Positions 62,331 to 64,000 of a stretch of 64,000 nt of DNA are shown here, one piece after another. Origin of the DNA: Mobula hypostoma (taxonomy: Eukaryota); assembly GCF_963921235.1 (NCBI RefSeq), contig NC_086097.1, forward strand, positions 77,192,001-77,256,000, written 5' to 3'. The position numbers and the translations under genes were made by a program. The notes under the pieces are model-generated. The model saw only the letters and a program-made list of their open reading frames with translations, was not told the DNA's origin and ran no database searches. Numbering within the stretch: position 1 is the first letter of the stretch; every line of letters begins with the position of its first letter.

Positions 62331-62691
62331 GAGTTATATTGCAGATATGAATTCAACCAAGAGCCAGTTTTCAGTTGTTAATGTAAATTGCAAGTGGAAA
62401 TCAATTTGTTGTTAAAAGGACAGCTTTGTAAACATGACTGCCTTCAGTGCATAGGCTGCAGGTAAACAGCAGGAGGCTGGCTGTTCAAGAGATACGGCTT
62501 GCAAAGTGATGTGACCAAGAGACTTTCTCATATACTTCACCCAAATGTAAGACAATGAGATTAACGGGTCTATAACAAATCAGGCAACAATGGCTAAGTT
62601 ATATGCACCATTGTGAATGAGCTCATGAAAGCTTGAAGATCGTACTGATTTAGTTACAGGTAGATTGATATATTTTATCAATCAACAGTAG

Positions 62692-63096
62692 TGTTGCAAT
62701 GAGTGAATGAAGCGAACGCAAGTGCAGGACACAGGCACGGAGATTGAGTTCGGATGCTTATGCGGACGTGAACGCTGAACAGCAAACAGGAGGGATTTGA
62801 ACTTGGAGCCTTGACACAGAGAGATGGAGTTTCATAGGTAAACCTTGAAACTGGAGCAAAACTTAGAACATATGGTCCTAAGCAGCTGGGAAACATTAAT
62901 TACCACACCAGCAAGACCAACGATCTGACAACTAGTGGTTGTAATGCCAGGGTTCTTATGCTGCAGGTCTTGATGGAAACCAGGTGTGCCATCATCAAAG
63001 AGAATTAGAAGCAAATGGGAATTTAACGGTCGGAACCGTGGCACAATCAAAGGAAATTAGGAGAAAGATAGGGAATTAATGATCGGGACCGTGACA
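62692..63096 (-). mobile_element. 3' LTR of a Ty3/Gypsy chromovirus
   Basis: Minus strand TGTCACGG...GCAACA, immediately preceded by the PPT GAGGGGGGAGGGGGTTC. Confidence 0.85.
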
Positions 63097-64000
63097 GAAC
63101 CCCCTCCCCCCTCAACGGGAGCCTCCAGGTGAACCACCAGGCTTGTCTGGATTGTGTCGACGGAAATCACGGATGAGGGAAGGGTCCAGGATGAAGGAGT
63201 GGGTAATCTAGGTGCGTTCCTCTGGGCCATATACCTCCCAATCGACCAGGTACTGGAGACCCTGTCTCGGCAGTGCACATCCAGTATTCGCCGGACAGTG
63301 TAAGCTGGGTAGTCGTCAATGATCTGGGCAGGTGGAGGGGGTTCAGCAGGAGGGCACAAGGGGCTGACAGATACAGGTTTCAATTGGGAGACGTGGAATG
63401 TGGGACGAATGTGCATGGATCTGGGCAGTTTGAGTCTGATCACCGAGGTGTTGATGACACTCTCAATCTCGAATGGTCCCAGGTAGCGAGGAGCGAGGAG
63501 CGAGTTTCTTGGGTTCATTCTTGAGGGGGATGTCTCTTGAAGAGAGCCAAACCTTCTGCCCAGGCTGATAATTTGGTGCAGGAATTTGATGGCGATCGGC
63601 AATCCTCGGTTGCGGTCAGCTGAGCGGAGCAGGGTCGCGCATGCATCCTTCCTGACCTTGCGTCACTGACGGAGATGGGTCTGAACAGAAGGCACAGCAA
63701 TGTCGTCTTCATGTGCGGGAAACAGAGGGGGTTGGTAACTGAGGGAGCATTCGAAGGGAGACAATCCGGTGGTGGTGCTGATCAGGGAGTTGTGGGCATA
63801 CTCCACCCAAACAAGATGGGTGCTCCAGGATGATGGGTTGTTGGCGGTTATGCAGCACAGTTCTGCTTCAAAATCCTGGTTTGCTCGTTCTGTTTGACCA
63901 TTAGTCTGCGGATGGAAGCCGGAAGACAGGTTTGCTGAGACTCTGAGTGCTTGAAAAATGGATCTTCAGATTTGAGAGATGAATTGGGGACCCTAGTCAG
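63097..64000 (-). mobile_element. Ty3/Gypsy (chromovirus) internal region: disrupted integrase + GPF motif + chromodomain; continues beyond the window
   Basis: [31 protein letters not shown] (integrase core); [24 protein letters not shown] (GPY/F); YTVRRILD (chromodomain). Frameshifted. Confidence 0.93.

Overview
This is vertebrate genomic DNA, not prokaryotic. The mix of CR1, Rex1/Babar, Penelope and DeuSINE repeats suggests a cartilaginous fish, probably a ray (inference). Two spliced genes lie on the minus strand in the order known from human 15q14. KATNBL1 is complete: a probable non-coding exon 1 near 60.7-60.9 kb and 9 coding exons from 52759 down to 27451, giving 310 aa. EMC7 has coding exons 1-4 (12335 down to 3773); its last exon lies beyond the window start. 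The rest is introns and intergenic DNA full of transposable elements: CR1 and Rex1/Babar LINEs, Penelope-like elements with hammerhead-ribozyme motifs, SINEs, Harbinger, mariner, Tigger, Tc1 and hAT elements, a solo LTR, and the 3' end of a chromodomain Ty3/Gypsy element. The most unusual feature lies between the two genes at about 15.2-17.8 kb: a decayed endogenous retrovirus-like remnant with an env gene, a polypurine tract (PPT) and a 3' LTR. Its Env has the cysteine/heptad/Trp-rich/TM layout of foamy-virus and lokiretrovirus (paramyxovirus F-like) fusion proteins, not that of gamma-type Env. Exon boundaries were read base by base; repeat boundaries are approximate unless terminal inverted repeats (TIRs) or target-site duplications (TSDs) are given.
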